Shown: positions 63,430 to 64,000 of the stretch, one piece after another | How the letters are laid out: each line of letters opens with the position of its first letter | Numbering within the stretch: position 1 is the stretch's first letter | Origin: an uncultured bacterium | GTDB taxonomy: Bacteria; Oederibacteriota; PGYV01; CAWJRG01 | Assembly: GCA_963845185.1 (NCBI GenBank) | Contig: CAWJRG010000009.1 | Coordinates: 544,001-608,000 of the forward strand | Direction: 5' to 3' | DNA length: 64,000 bases | Notes under the pieces: generated by a model | Database searches by the model: none | Told to the model about the DNA's origin: nothing | What the model saw: only the letters and a program-made list of their open reading frames with translations | Made by a program: the position numbers and the translations under genes

Positions 63430-63595
63430 CAAGCCGCATCTCTGCGTGAATAAAAGAAGATACGGGGGATTTCTTTCCGAATTAAAATTCCTTGATTCGT
63501 ATATCCGGTTGTAATATAATTATATTCAGTAATTCTGGAATTTAAGAGTTATGTGATCACAATTTGTGACTTCAAGTTAAAAAAAGGGAGGATAG

Positions 63596-64000
63596 ATGAA
63601 AGAACTAATACCAGTGGAAGTAATAGCGCAGAAAATTTACTTAATCAGGGGCCAGAAAGTAATGCTTGATTCAGACCTTGCGGAATTATACGGAGTTGAA
63701 ATAAAGGCATTAAATCAGGCAGTAAAAAGAAATAAGGACCGCTTTCCGGAAAATTTTATGTTTCAGTTAACAAAAGTAGAATATGATTCTTTAAGGTCAC
63801 AATTTGTGACCTTAAAGAGAGGGGAACACAGGAAATACCTTCCTTATACCTTTACCGAGCACGGAGTCGTCATGCTTTCCAGCGTACTTAACAGCAGGAG
63901 GGCGATACAGGTGAGCCTGATGGTTGTCGAGGCCTTCGTTAAGCTGCGCCAGATGCTCTCGACAAACAAAGAACTTAGCCATAAGCTCGAGCAACTGGAA
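63596..64000 (+). CDS. ORF6N (KilA-N-like) DNA-binding protein, 3' truncated by the window end
   Basis: [44 protein letters not shown]...NQAVKRN..RFP..FMFQL...[17 protein letters not shown]. Confidence 0.92.
   Translation, partial: MKELIPVEVIAQKIYLIRGQKVMLDSDLAELYGVEIKALNQAVKRNKDRFPENFMFQLTKVEYDSLRSQFVTLKRGEHRKYLPYTFTEHGVVMLSSVLNSRRAIQVSLMVVEAFVKLRQMLSTNKELSHKLEQLE

Overview
64 kb of an AT-rich bacterial chromosome in which essentially every credible gene lies on the + strand. The Thr-rich secreted proteins with a YPNP-type C-terminal domain and the multiple DUF2723/YfhO genes suggest an uncultured lineage such as Ca. Goldbacteria/Firestonebacteria, but this is only an inference. Gene order: giant Thr-rich secreted protein; gap-pgk-tpiA-secG; peptide-binding protein; beta-propeller; argS; diguanylate cyclase; truA-polA-coaE; c-di-GMP cluster (HDOD, GAF-HD-GYP, two membrane GAF-GGDEF); ECF sigma, carbohydrate-domain anti-sigma and glycoside hydrolase; pdaD-speE-speB running into three GT-C glycosyltransferases; tRNA-Val(GAC); GH2, MFS, tRNA nucleotidyltransferase, nitroreductase; rplM-rpsI; a patch of accessory lipoproteins; ilvD-ilvB-ilvN-ilvC-leuA-leuC-leuD-leuB with a Val/Leu leader peptide; a TPR gene; asd; two IS1182-family copies inserted in adjacent palindromes; a partial ORF6N gene. 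The most striking unexplained signal is a two-hairpin structured RNA motif, with covarying stems and conserved loops, found three times. Each copy ends 1-2 nt before the purine-rich Shine-Dalgarno tract of an unrelated gene (secG, an FGE-domain lipoprotein, ilvD). I do not recognise it as a known riboswitch or ribozyme. All calls are by-eye motif recognition; no searches were run.
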